A stretch of DNA of 64,000 nucleotides from an uncultured Alphaproteobacteria bacterium (GTDB lineage: Bacteria; Pseudomonadota; Alphaproteobacteria; Rhizobiales; Xanthobacteraceae): the NCBI GenBank assembly GCA_963736075.1, contig CAVTNW010000013.1:57913-121912 (forward strand). Reading direction: 5' to 3'. Position numbers and translations under genes: made by a program. Of this stretch, positions 39,081 through 47,845 are shown piece after piece; position 1 is the first letter of the stretch; every line of letters begins with the position of its first letter. Below the pieces are notes generated by a model. That model saw only the letters and a program-made list of their open reading frames with translations, ran no database searches and had not been told where the DNA came from.

Positions 39081-40295
39081 CTAGCCGACTATCTGGCTGA
39101 CGGATAGCAACGCGGTCATGACGGACACGATCAAACCGCCGACGACGATGCTGATCACGATGATCGCCGCCGGTCCGGCAATCCCGACCACGCGATCGAG
39201 CGTGCGCTGCAGCTTGGCTTCGTAGAATTCGGCGACGCGCCCCGCCAGCATCGGCAACTGGCCGGTCTCGTCGCCCAGCCGCAGCATCCGCACCGCCATC
39301 GCCGGGAGCGCCTTGGTGTCGGATAGCGCATCCGAGAGCTTCGCGCCATGGCGGACGCGGTCGGCGGCGTCAGTCCACATCGCCGCCGGTCCTGCCGAAC
39401 TCATCATGTCGACCAGGATGCGCAGCGTGGTGGTGAGATTGACCCCACTGCCAAGCAACAGCCCGAGATTTCGACAAAACAGCGCCGTCCGATACGACAT
39501 CATCACTGTCCGTATCGCCGGTAATTGGACCAGCGCGTTGAAGAGGCCGCGGCGAACGCCCGGCCGGCGCAGCAACAGCCAGCTTGCAGCAATCAAAGCC
39601 GCCCCCGCCGCCAATGCCACGTCGGAATTTGCCCGCAGCACCGCCGAGAGGTTCAGAAAGGTGAGAATGATGGGATCGACCTTGGCGCCGAAATCCTGCA
39701 GCACCCCGGCAAATTGCGGCAGCACGAATGTCAGGAAGAACACCAGCACGCCCCCGGCCGCGCTGAGCACGAACAGCGGATAACGAATGGCGTCCGAGAG
39801 ACGGCGTTTCAGCGCCTCGGTGCGGCTGCGTTCGTCGGCGAGCACCTCGAGCACCTGGTCCAGCGAGCCTGACGCCTCGCCGACACGGATCAGCGCCACG
39901 TACATCGAGGGAAACAGGGCTTCGTGACGCGACAGGGCCTCCGCGAAGCTTTCGCCGGCGACGACGTGCGACCTGATGTCGGCGACGACCGGCCGTAGCC
40001 GGCCGAAATCGCGGTCGTCGGCAAGCAATTCCAGGGCGTCATTGATCCGCGCGCCGGCGCGCAGCAAAAGCGCGAGATCGCGGGTGAAAATCGTGACATC
40101 TTCCGCCTTCGGCTTGTTGAAGATGCTGAGAAGGCTTGCCGTCGGGCTGCCGCCTTGCTCGAGCGTGACGTTATCGACCAAAACCAAGCCGAGCCGCTCG
40201 ACGCGGGCCGCGACATCGCCGGGTGCCGCCGCGGCGACAGCGCCGGAGACCAATTCGCCCTGGCTGTTGAGCGCGCGATAACGATAGTTCGGCAT
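39081..40295 (-). CDS. gspF: type II secretion inner-membrane platform protein F
   Basis: Starts at ATG 40295 with GAGG 5 nt upstream. About 404 aa, with the duplicated T2SSF domain architecture and 3 TM segments. Confidence 0.95.
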   Translation of the reverse strand: MPNYRYRALNSQGELVSGAVAAAAPGDVAARVERLGLVLVDNVTLEQGGSPTASLLSIFNKPKAEDVTIFTRDLALLLRAGARINDALELLADDRDFGRLRPVVADIRSHVVAGESFAEALSRHEALFPSMYVALIRVGEASGSLDQVLEVLADERSRTEALKRRLSDAIRYPLFVLSAAGGVLVFFLTFVLPQFAGVLQDFGAKVDPIILTFLNLSAVLRANSDVALAAGAALIAASWLLLRRPGVRRGLFNALVQLPAIRTVMMSYRTALFCRNLGLLLGSGVNLTTTLRILVDMMSSAGPAAMWTDAADRVRHGAKLSDALSDTKALPAMAVRMLRLGDETGQLPMLAGRVAEFYEAKLQRTLDRVVGIAGPAAIIVISIVVGGLIVSVMTALLSVSQIVG

Positions 40296-40382
40296 CACCG
40301 CCTCATGCTCCCTTCCGTCTCAGGTGGGGAGAAAAACCGAGCCATGGCTCATTGGCTTGGCGTTCCATCGGTTGGCTCCTGG

Positions 40383-42071
40383 TCACCGGATGGTCGTGAC
40401 GCGGAAAACTTCGGGCACGGTGGTCAGTCCGGCGCGGCATTTGGCGACGGCGTCCGCCAGCATCGTGGTCATGCCGCCGCGCATCGCGGCCGTGTCGATG
40501 GTATGTGAATCCGTCTGCGGCCCGATCAGCCTGCGAACTTCCTCGGACATTTCGAGGATCTCGAACACGCCGTTGCGGCCGCGATAGCCGGTACCGCCGC
40601 AGCGCTCGCAGCCGACCGCTTCCTGGATGATTTCGCCCGCCTCAAAGCCGATCACGGCGAAGCGCGGATCCTTGTCCATGTCCGCCGCCGTCAATGGCCG
40701 CGGCACCTTGCAGCGATCGCACAGCATCCGCACCAGACGCTGCGCCACCACGGCCCTCAGCGTCGACTTCAAGAGAAAGCCTTCGATCCCCAGGTCGATC
40801 AGCCGCGGCACCGCTGCCGCCGCGGTCTCGGTGTGCAGCGTGGTCAGCACGAGATGGCCGGTCAACGCCGCATGAATAGCGATATGGGCGGTTTCGGCGT
40901 CGCGGATTTCGCCGACCATGATCACATCGGGGTCCTGGCGCACGAAGGCACGCATCGCCGATGCAAATGTCAGACCGATCGACGGCTTGACCTGGGACTG
41001 GTTGATCCCGGGAATTTCATATTCGACGGGGTCTTCGATCGTGAGGATCTTGCGGGTTGGTTCGTTCAGGATCGACAGCATGGTGGCAAGCGTGGTGGTC
41101 TTGCCGCTGCCGGTCGGTCCGGTCACCACCACCATGCCGTGCGGCAACGCCAATAGCCGGGTCATGATCGCTTCGTCGCGGGTAGACAGCCCAAGCTTGC
41201 CCATCTCGAGCAGCCCGCGATCGCGCGGCAGCAACCGGATCACGGCGCTCTCGCTGTGCTGGGTCGGCATGGTCGCGACGCGGACATCGAGTTCGGAACG
41301 GCTGACGCGCACCCGTGCGGCGCCGTCCTGCGGCAGGCGGCGTTCGGCAATGTTGAGGCCGGCCAGTATTTTCACGCGCGAGATCAGCGCCTGGGGCGAA
41401 ATCCCCGATGGCGCCGGCATGGTTCGCAACAGACCATCGACGCGCATGCGCACCACAAGACCAGTACGGAACGGCTCAATGTGAATATCGCTGGCGCGCA
41501 GCTCAACGGCGCGCTCCAAGAGATCGTTGAGCCCGCGCACCACGGGAGCGCCGCTGGCCAGATCGCGCAGGCTCTCGATGTCATCGTCGGATTGCTGCGT
41601 GGATCGGGTCGTACCCCCATCCGGTTGCGCGCCCTCCGTATCGGCGCGCTGATCGAGCAACGTGGTGATGTCCTCGAACGACGCCACCACGATTTCCACC
41701 GGCGCACCGAACACGATCTCGGCGGCGCGAATGGCAGCCTTGTCCGAGGGGTCGGCGACCGCCAGCCGATAGGTTCCATTCGGCGCACGGATTGGAAAGA
41801 TCGTGGATTCACGCAGAAATCGCCGCGAAAACCCCTCTAAGCAGGGTGTGCTGGCGAGCAATTGCGGAAGATTGAGCCTGGCGCATCCCCAATATTCCGA
41901 GACTTCGTCAGCGAATTCGGCGGCAGTGAGATCAGTGGCGTCCCACAGTTCCCGCAACGCCCGCGCCAGCGTCGCTGTGCCGGGATTTTCGACGCGGGCC
42001 CGCGCCTTCGGCGGCAGCGAATATTTTTCCAAAAGATGTTGCCGAAACGTTTCCGCGGAAAGGTCCTGCAT
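40383..42071 (-). CDS. gspE: type II secretion ATPase E
   Basis: Starts at ATG 42071 (MQDLSAETF...). Walker A GPTGSGKTT, Asp/His boxes, and a tetracysteine motif CDRC...CERCGGTGYRGR. The ORF-track extension to 42284 crosses the divergent promoter region. Confidence 0.95.
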   Translation of the reverse strand: MQDLSAETFRQHLLEKYSLPPKARARVENPGTATLARALRELWDATDLTAAEFADEVSEYWGCARLNLPQLLASTPCLEGFSRRFLRESTIFPIRAPNGTYRLAVADPSDKAAIRAAEIVFGAPVEIVVASFEDITTLLDQRADTEGAQPDGGTTRSTQQSDDDIESLRDLASGAPVVRGLNDLLERAVELRASDIHIEPFRTGLVVRMRVDGLLRTMPAPSGISPQALISRVKILAGLNIAERRLPQDGAARVRVSRSELDVRVATMPTQHSESAVIRLLPRDRGLLEMGKLGLSTRDEAIMTRLLALPHGMVVVTGPTGSGKTTTLATMLSILNEPTRKILTIEDPVEYEIPGINQSQVKPSIGLTFASAMRAFVRQDPDVIMVGEIRDAETAHIAIHAALTGHLVLTTLHTETAAAAVPRLIDLGIEGFLLKSTLRAVVAQRLVRMLCDRCKVPRPLTAADMDKDPRFAVIGFEAGEIIQEAVGCERCGGTGYRGRNGVFEILEMSEEVRRLIGPQTDSHTIDTAAMRGGMTTMLADAVAKCRAGLTTVPEVFRVTTIR

Positions 42072-42244
42072 CGAATTCACAACGCTAACCTTATGACAGA
42101 AAGACGACAGCCCTTGCGTGCAGCAAGAGCTGTTTGCCCTTGACTTATCCCCTAGCAAAAACATAATTGCAATGCAACTTGTGGGCGACCGACCACGGAT
42201 GTGGGATCGGTCGCTTTTCTCCTGTTGATCCAGGTAGGCGTCTA

Positions 42245-44635
42245 TTGTCCAAAGTGGTCGACCCGCTTTCGCGCCTGCGTTCATGGTTGGCTGGAACGCT
42301 CATCCTGTTTTTGTCCGGATTTCTTCTGACCGCTTGCATTCTGACGGCCGACCAGTCCGTCGAAAGCAACCCCAAAGACCCCCGCGCCCAGGATATCGTC
42401 GACAGGATCCGCTCGATGGATCTGCAGCCGCGGCAGACCACCGACGCTGGCCCTACCGGGATCAGGCAGCAGAATTCGCAGCGGCCTGCGATCTATCTCA
42501 GCGACGGCACCACGCCCCAGGGCGCCAGCCTAGTCGAATCGGAAGACGCAGGTTCGGGTGGCGGCTACGACCTGAACTTCGAGAACGCGCCGGTCGCTGC
42601 GGTGGCAAAGGTCATCCTTGGTGACATACTTGGCGTCGGCTACACCATCGATCCCCGCGTCCAGGGCACGGTGACGCTGGCTTCAGTTCGGCCGGTGCCG
42701 AAGACGGACGCGCTTTATGTGCTCGAAAACGCCCTGCGGATGTCCGGCGTGGCGCTGTTGCGCGATCGCAGCGGCGGATATCGGCTGCTGCCCACCAACG
42801 AAGCCGGCCCCGGCGGCATCGACAGGACGGCGTCCGGCGAAGCCGGCCAAGGCATCAGCGTGGTGCCGCTGCGCTACGTCTCGGCGCAGACCATCTTCAA
42901 GCTGCTCGACGGGTTCGGGGTCAAGGCGGCGACGCTGCGTCCGGATAACGCGCGCAATACCCTGATCATCATCGGCAGCGGCACGGACCGGGCCGCGGCG
43001 ATTGACACCATTCTCAGCTTCGATGCCGACTGGATGCGTGGCCAATCGGTCGGCATTTTCCCGGTGCATAACAGCGCGCCGGAACCGGTCATCACCGAGA
43101 TCGGCAAGATCATGGATTCCGCCGAAGGGGGCCTCGGCCAGAACATGATCAAGTTCGAGCCGATCGGCCGGCTCAACGCCATTCTCGTCGTCAGCAAGAA
43201 GCCGGAATATCTCAAGCGGGCTGCAACCTGGATCGCGCGGCTTGACCAGTCCGACACCGCGGGCGTCAATCTGAAAGCCTATCCGCTGCGCTATGGCAGC
43301 GCCAAGCTGATCACGGCGCTGCTCAACGAGATGCTGACCGGAAAGGGTGCCGGCACCGGCAACCTCGACAACGAAGCCAGCCAGCTCTCACCCGGCGGCG
43401 GCATCGCCACGTCGTCGTCCTCGCTGGGAAGCAACCCGGTGGCGTCGTTGAGCGCGGTGCCGACCGCCGCCTCGGGAGCCTCGCCCCCCGCCGCAGCCGC
43501 TGCTCCGACGTTGAATATTCGCGGCGCCTCCCCTGCCAGCAGTGCAGGGGGGCAGGACAACGCGGCTCTTGGCGGCCAAGGCGAGGGTGGCAAGCCGGCG
43601 GGCGGCAACATCTTGCTGCAGAATATCCGGATCACCGCTGACATCACCAACAACGCCGTCCTGGTCTACGGCAATCAGGAATCGCAGCGCATCGTCGAAC
43701 AGACCATCCGCCAGATCGACCGGCCGCAGCGCCAGATTGCGATCGAGGCGACCATTGCCGAGGTGACGCTGAACGACACCTTGAATTATGGCGTGCAATT
43801 CTTTCTCGCCAGCCAGAAGGGCTCGGTAGTCAACACCGTCGCCACCGCCCCCGCCGCCACCACGAGCACGGCCAGCACCACCACTACAAGCGGCACCACC
43901 ACCAGCGGCATCCCCAATTCCATCGCCAGCAACGCCGTCAACGCCGCCGCCGGCGCCCTGCTCAGCCGCACGCTTCCCGGATTCAATTTCCTGATCGGAT
44001 CGGAGAATTCGCCACGCGTCATTCTCGACGCCCTCCACAACGTCACCGACGTCAAAGTGCTTTCGAACCCTTCACTGGTCGTGCTGGACAACCAGGCGGC
44101 GACGCTGGTAGTCGGAGATCAGGTGCCGTTCTCGACCGGCAGCGCGACCGTGCTGACCGCCAACAATACCGTGGTCAACACCATCGATTACAAGAATACG
44201 GGCATCATTCTTCGCGTGCTGCCGCGCGCCAATGCCAATGGCAACGTCGTGCTCCAAATCGAGCAGGAAATCAGCGCCGTTGAGGCGGGAAGCACGCCGC
44301 TGCAGCCGACGATATCGCAACGCCAGGTAAAGAGTTCGATTTCGGTGGCCAGCGGCCAGACCGTGCTGCTGGCGGGCCTCATCACCGAGACCGAGAACAA
44401 GCAGCGGCAAGGCATCCCGGGGCTGGATGCCATTCCGGTCCTCGGCGATGCGTTTTCGCATGCGGACACATCGCGGTTACGTACCGAATTGATCCTGTTC
44501 ATTCGCCCGACCGTGATCAAGGACGCCCTTGATGCCCACGTCATCGCTGAGGAAATGCGCAGCAAGATGAACAGCCGGCTGGTCGGCACCACCCTGCCGG
44601 TGGTCACGGTCGACCCGCCCAAGAACACACGCTGA
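42245..44635 (+). CDS. gspD: type II secretion secretin, with predicted lipoprotein signal peptide
   Basis: N0/N1-N3 domains and a C-terminal secretin domain (VGDQVPF...TGIILRV.P...VLLAGL...IPGLDAIPVLG). The start is uncertain: TTG 42245 (AGGTAGG 6 nt upstream), GTG 42254 or TTG 42167. Lipobox L-T-A-C at 42326-42337. Confidence 0.9.
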   Translation: MSKVVDPLSRLRSWLAGTLILFLSGFLLTACILTADQSVESNPKDPRAQDIVDRIRSMDLQPRQTTDAGPTGIRQQNSQRPAIYLSDGTTPQGASLVESEDAGSGGGYDLNFENAPVAAVAKVILGDILGVGYTIDPRVQGTVTLASVRPVPKTDALYVLENALRMSGVALLRDRSGGYRLLPTNEAGPGGIDRTASGEAGQGISVVPLRYVSAQTIFKLLDGFGVKAATLRPDNARNTLIIIGSGTDRAAAIDTILSFDADWMRGQSVGIFPVHNSAPEPVITEIGKIMDSAEGGLGQNMIKFEPIGRLNAILVVSKKPEYLKRAATWIARLDQSDTAGVNLKAYPLRYGSAKLITALLNEMLTGKGAGTGNLDNEASQLSPGGGIATSSSSLGSNPVASLSAVPTAASGASPPAAAAAPTLNIRGASPASSAGGQDNAALGGQGEGGKPAGGNILLQNIRITADITNNAVLVYGNQESQRIVEQTIRQIDRPQRQIAIEATIAEVTLNDTLNYGVQFFLASQKGSVVNTVATAPAATTSTASTTTTSGTTTSGIPNSIASNAVNAAAGALLSRTLPGFNFLIGSENSPRVILDALHNVTDVKVLSNPSLVVLDNQAATLVVGDQVPFSTGSATVLTANNTVVNTIDYKNTGIILRVLPRANANGNVVLQIEQEISAVEAGSTPLQPTISQRQVKSSISVASGQTVLLAGLITETENKQRQGIPGLDAIPVLGDAFSHADTSRLRTELILFIRPTVIKDALDAHVIAEEMRSKMNSRLVGTTLPVVTVDPPKNTR

Positions 44636-44637
44636 GC

Positions 44638-45255
44638 GTGCATTCCCCAAAGGTGGGTTCCAGTCTCGCGACGCCAGCGCAGGCGGTCTCAAGCCCGCTG
44701 ATGAGCAAGCCCAGGCGGACTCTCCTGCTCAGCCTTGCGCTGCTCTCCGCCGTCGGTTTCAGTCTCTTGGCCGCGCCTGGTCTGGAAGGATTGTTCGGCG
44801 CCTTCCTTGGCGGTCTGATGCTCGCGATCGCCGTCATCGATGCCGACCGCTACATCATTCCGAATGAACTGACCGGCGCGGCGGTCGCGCTGGCGTTGCT
44901 CCGCGCCGGCGTCGTGGGGGCGGACGCGGACTGGTACGCCGTGTTGTGGGCGGCGTTTCGCGCGACAGCCGTCACGGTTCCGCTGCTGGCGCTGATGATC
45001 TTATACCGGCGCTGGCGCGGCCGCGATGGACTTGGGCTCGGCGATATCAAGCTCGCCGCGGTCGCCGGCAGCTGGCTCGGCATGGTCACGATCTTTGCGG
45101 TGATCGAGTTTGCCGCGCTTGCCGCCCTCGCCGCCTACGGCATCAACGCCACCTTGCGCAAAAGGCCGCTGCGGGCAAGCGCCTTTCTTCCATTCGGACT
45201 GTTCCTGGCGCCGGCAATCTGGATAGGCTGGCTGGTGGAGGCTCGCTGGAATTAA
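44638..45255 (+). CDS. A24-family prepilin peptidase, short form (GspO/TadV-like, no N-terminal methyltransferase domain)
   Basis: Both catalytic Asp contexts are present (VIDADRYIIPNE and GLGLGDIKLAA). Only 185-205 aa, depending on the start (GTG 44638 or ATG 44701). Begins 3 nt after the gspD stop. Confidence 0.8.
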   Translation: MHSPKVGSSLATPAQAVSSPLMSKPRRTLLLSLALLSAVGFSLLAAPGLEGLFGAFLGGLMLAIAVIDADRYIIPNELTGAAVALALLRAGVVGADADWYAVLWAAFRATAVTVPLLALMILYRRWRGRDGLGLGDIKLAAVAGSWLGMVTIFAVIEFAALAALAAYGINATLRKRPLRASAFLPFGLFLAPAIWIGWLVEARWN

Positions 45256-45259
45256 ATTT

Positions 45260-45775
45260 TCAATGCTCGCGGCTCGGCGCCCATTCCAGCGCGCGCAGCC
45301 GGGCGCGCGCGATTTCGCCGCGCGTCATCTTGGTGGTCACGGCATCGCGAATCCGGGCGCGAGCTTCCCGGGCGCTGGGGGGGGCCGCCGCGGTCGAGAG
45401 ATTAAGCCATTTGCTGGCTTCAACAATGTCCCGTGGCACGCCCTCGCCCTTGTCATAGAGCAGGCCGAGGGAATATTGCGCGAGGCTGTCGCCCTGCTCG
45501 GCGGCGCGGCGGTACCACATCGCGGCTTCCGTATAATCCTGCGGAACGCCACGTCCGGTCTCGAACATGAAACCGAGATAGGACTGGGCGGCGGCGGCGC
45601 CGTGCTCAGCCAGCGGAATGAAAATCCGCGCCGCGGAACCATAATCCTGCCGGTTGAAGGCCGAAACGCCTCGCTGGAAGGATTGAGCCTGGGCAAACTG
45701 CGCGGTCGAGAGTAGCAGGCCTGCGGCGGCAATGATGGCGAGGAGAAAGCTTCTGATACCCCAAACATTGCTCAT
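45260..45775 (-). CDS. secreted Sel1-repeat (TPR-like) protein
   Basis: Signal peptide ...AAGLLLSTAQFAQA|QS. Three or four Sel1 repeats (AAQSYLGFMFETGRGVPQDYTEAAMWYRRAAEQG...). Confidence 0.85.
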   Translation of the reverse strand: MSNVWGIRSFLLAIIAAAGLLLSTAQFAQAQSFQRGVSAFNRQDYGSAARIFIPLAEHGAAAAQSYLGFMFETGRGVPQDYTEAAMWYRRAAEQGDSLAQYSLGLLYDKGEGVPRDIVEASKWLNLSTAAAPPSAREARARIRDAVTTKMTRGEIARARLRALEWAPSREH

Positions 45776-45996
45776 AGCTACTCTCGCCGTGTCTCATCGG
45801 TCATCGCCGCAGACTAAGCTTTGGACCGGCAGAAATCTACAGCCGCACGCTGCGGACAGAGGCAGCAACAACGCCCGCGAAGCCACCCGGAAAAATTCTC
45901 CAGGTCATCGCGACGATATTTCCGCTATTGAATTCATGGCCGATCTGACCGATCAACGGAGGCACCCTTCCCTGCTGTTCCGGTCAGGAGTTCCGA

Positions 45997-47190
45997 ATGC
46001 CCTTTCCGCGCGCTTCGCAAGCCTTGTCCCGCTTTACCGTGCTCGACCTCACCCGGGTACGCTCCGGGCCGACCTGCGTGCGGCAGCTCGCGGATTGGGG
46101 GGCCAATGTCATCAAGATAGACGCCCTGTTGGAGGATGCCGCCGGCGAGCAGCCCGGCGGTCCGCGCCACGGTTCCGACTTCCAGAATTTGCACCGCAAT
46201 AAGCGCGCGATGACGCTCAACCTGAAGGACGCGAGAGGACTGGAGGTATTCCGGCGGCTGGCGAAGCAGGCCGATGTCGTGGTCGAGAACTTCCGCCCCG
46301 ACGTCAAGGCCCGCCTCGGCATCGACTACGATGCGCTTCGCAAGATCAACCCCCGCATCGTCTATGGCAGCATTTCGGGATTCGGCCAGGATGGCCCCTA
46401 TCACAAGCGTCCGGGCTTCGACCAGATCGCGCAGGGCATGGGCGGACTGATGTCGATCACCGGGGCGCCTGGCCAGGGCCCGATGCGGGTCGGCATTCCC
46501 GTGGCGGATTTGACCGCGGGGCTGTTCTGCGCGATCGGTATTCTGACGGCGCTTCTGGAGCGCGATGTTTCCGGCGAAGGCCAGTGGGTTCAGACCTCGC
46601 TGTTGCAGGCGCAGATCTTCATGTTGGATTTCCAGGCCGCGCGCTGGCTGATGGAGAAGGATGTAGCCGGGCAGGCCGGCAACAACCATCCGACCAGCAT
46701 TCCGACCGGCGTGTTCAAGACTTCCGACGGCTACATCAACATCGCCACGACTGGAGGGCGGATCTGGGAGCGCTGCGCGCAGGCGCTCGGCGCGCCCGAA
46801 CTCGTCACTGATCCCGACTACGCCACCGCGCCGGCGCGCTCGAAAAACCGCGACGCGCTCAATGCCGCGATCAACCGAAAGACGGAAAAGAAATCAACCG
46901 ATAGCTGGGTAGCCGAGCTCAACGCCGCCGGCGTGCCCTGCGGGCCGATCTATGCGATCGACCAGATGTTCGAAGACGCCCAAGTAAGGCATCTCGGCAT
47001 CGCCCAGGATGTGCCGAACGAGGAGGGCCGCCCTATCCGCTTGGTCGGCCAACCGGTCACGCTGTCACGGACGCCGAGCCGGATGGCGGCGCGCCCTCCG
47101 GAGTTCGGCGAACAGACCGACGAAGTGCTCGCTGAGTTCGGCTTCGATGCCCAAGAGATCGTGGCGCTGAGGCAGAGCAAAGTGGTGTGA
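45997..47190 (+). CDS. family III CoA-transferase (CaiB/BaiF)
   Basis: N-terminal VLDLTRVRSGPTCVRQLADWGANVIKID motif. 397 aa. AGGAG Shine-Dalgarno sequence upstream. Confidence 0.9.
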   Translation: MPFPRASQALSRFTVLDLTRVRSGPTCVRQLADWGANVIKIDALLEDAAGEQPGGPRHGSDFQNLHRNKRAMTLNLKDARGLEVFRRLAKQADVVVENFRPDVKARLGIDYDALRKINPRIVYGSISGFGQDGPYHKRPGFDQIAQGMGGLMSITGAPGQGPMRVGIPVADLTAGLFCAIGILTALLERDVSGEGQWVQTSLLQAQIFMLDFQAARWLMEKDVAGQAGNNHPTSIPTGVFKTSDGYINIATTGGRIWERCAQALGAPELVTDPDYATAPARSKNRDALNAAINRKTEKKSTDSWVAELNAAGVPCGPIYAIDQMFEDAQVRHLGIAQDVPNEEGRPIRLVGQPVTLSRTPSRMAARPPEFGEQTDEVLAEFGFDAQEIVALRQSKVV

Positions 47191-47483
47191 GCAAACATCC
47201 ACCAAGACGTACGCGCACACAAACGCGGATATCCAAGTGGAGCGCGGCGGTGGCCCGGTCGCAACGGTCGTCCAAGGCGTAGTCCTCGACCACCATCTGT
47301 CGCGACCCTGCATTTTGCTGCAACGCAAACCTCGATCGATTTCTCACACGCGGAAGCTGCAGCGTCTCACTTTTAATGTCGGAAACCGGACATTTATGAT
47401 ATCGTGGATTCCATCATCGGACCGACCCCGGCAGTTACCGGTGACTGAGAGCAAATGGCTCCCGCCTTCTTGAGGAGGAGCAT

Positions 47484-47663
47484 ATGGCCACGTCCCAATA
47501 TTTCAGAGAGCAAGCTGCCCGCGCCCAACGACTTGCTCACGATAGCGCTGATCCGATGCTGCAGATCAGCCTGCGCAGGTTGGCCGACAATTACAAAACA
47601 CGTGCGGATGAACTTGAGGACGAGGAAATGTCGGTGACGGGACTCGACCCAGACCCGGAGTGA
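47484..47663 (+). CDS. small hypothetical protein (59 aa), below the ORF-track length cutoff
   Basis: ATG 47484 is preceded by GAGGAGGAG (47472-47480). The product is MATSQYFREQAARAQRLAHDSADPMLQISLRRLADNYKTRADELEDEEMSVTGLDPDPE. GC3 is only 37/59, weaker than in neighbouring genes. Confidence 0.35.
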   Translation: MATSQYFREQAARAQRLAHDSADPMLQISLRRLADNYKTRADELEDEEMSVTGLDPDPE

Positions 47664-47845
47664 TCGGCTTTTGGCCGGTCAATGTCAGCTTTGCAAATAA
47701 ACCTTGGCTTGGCCGCTTCGGCGTAAGCCGAGGGCGTTGCAGGTATAATCGCCGCTTTCAACCAACCGAACGCGCCCTCGGCGGCCGCTATGACGGGTAG
47801 CTGACCGACAAAGCGTGCCGCTATCGCCTATATCTAAGCCAACCG

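Noticed and set aside
47377-47397. Imperfect hairpin AATGTCGG-aaa-CCGGACATT downstream of the CoA-transferase gene
   Set aside because: It is about 190 nt past the stop codon, the stem has a bulge and there is no U-tract. The evidence is insufficient to call it a terminator or an sRNA.
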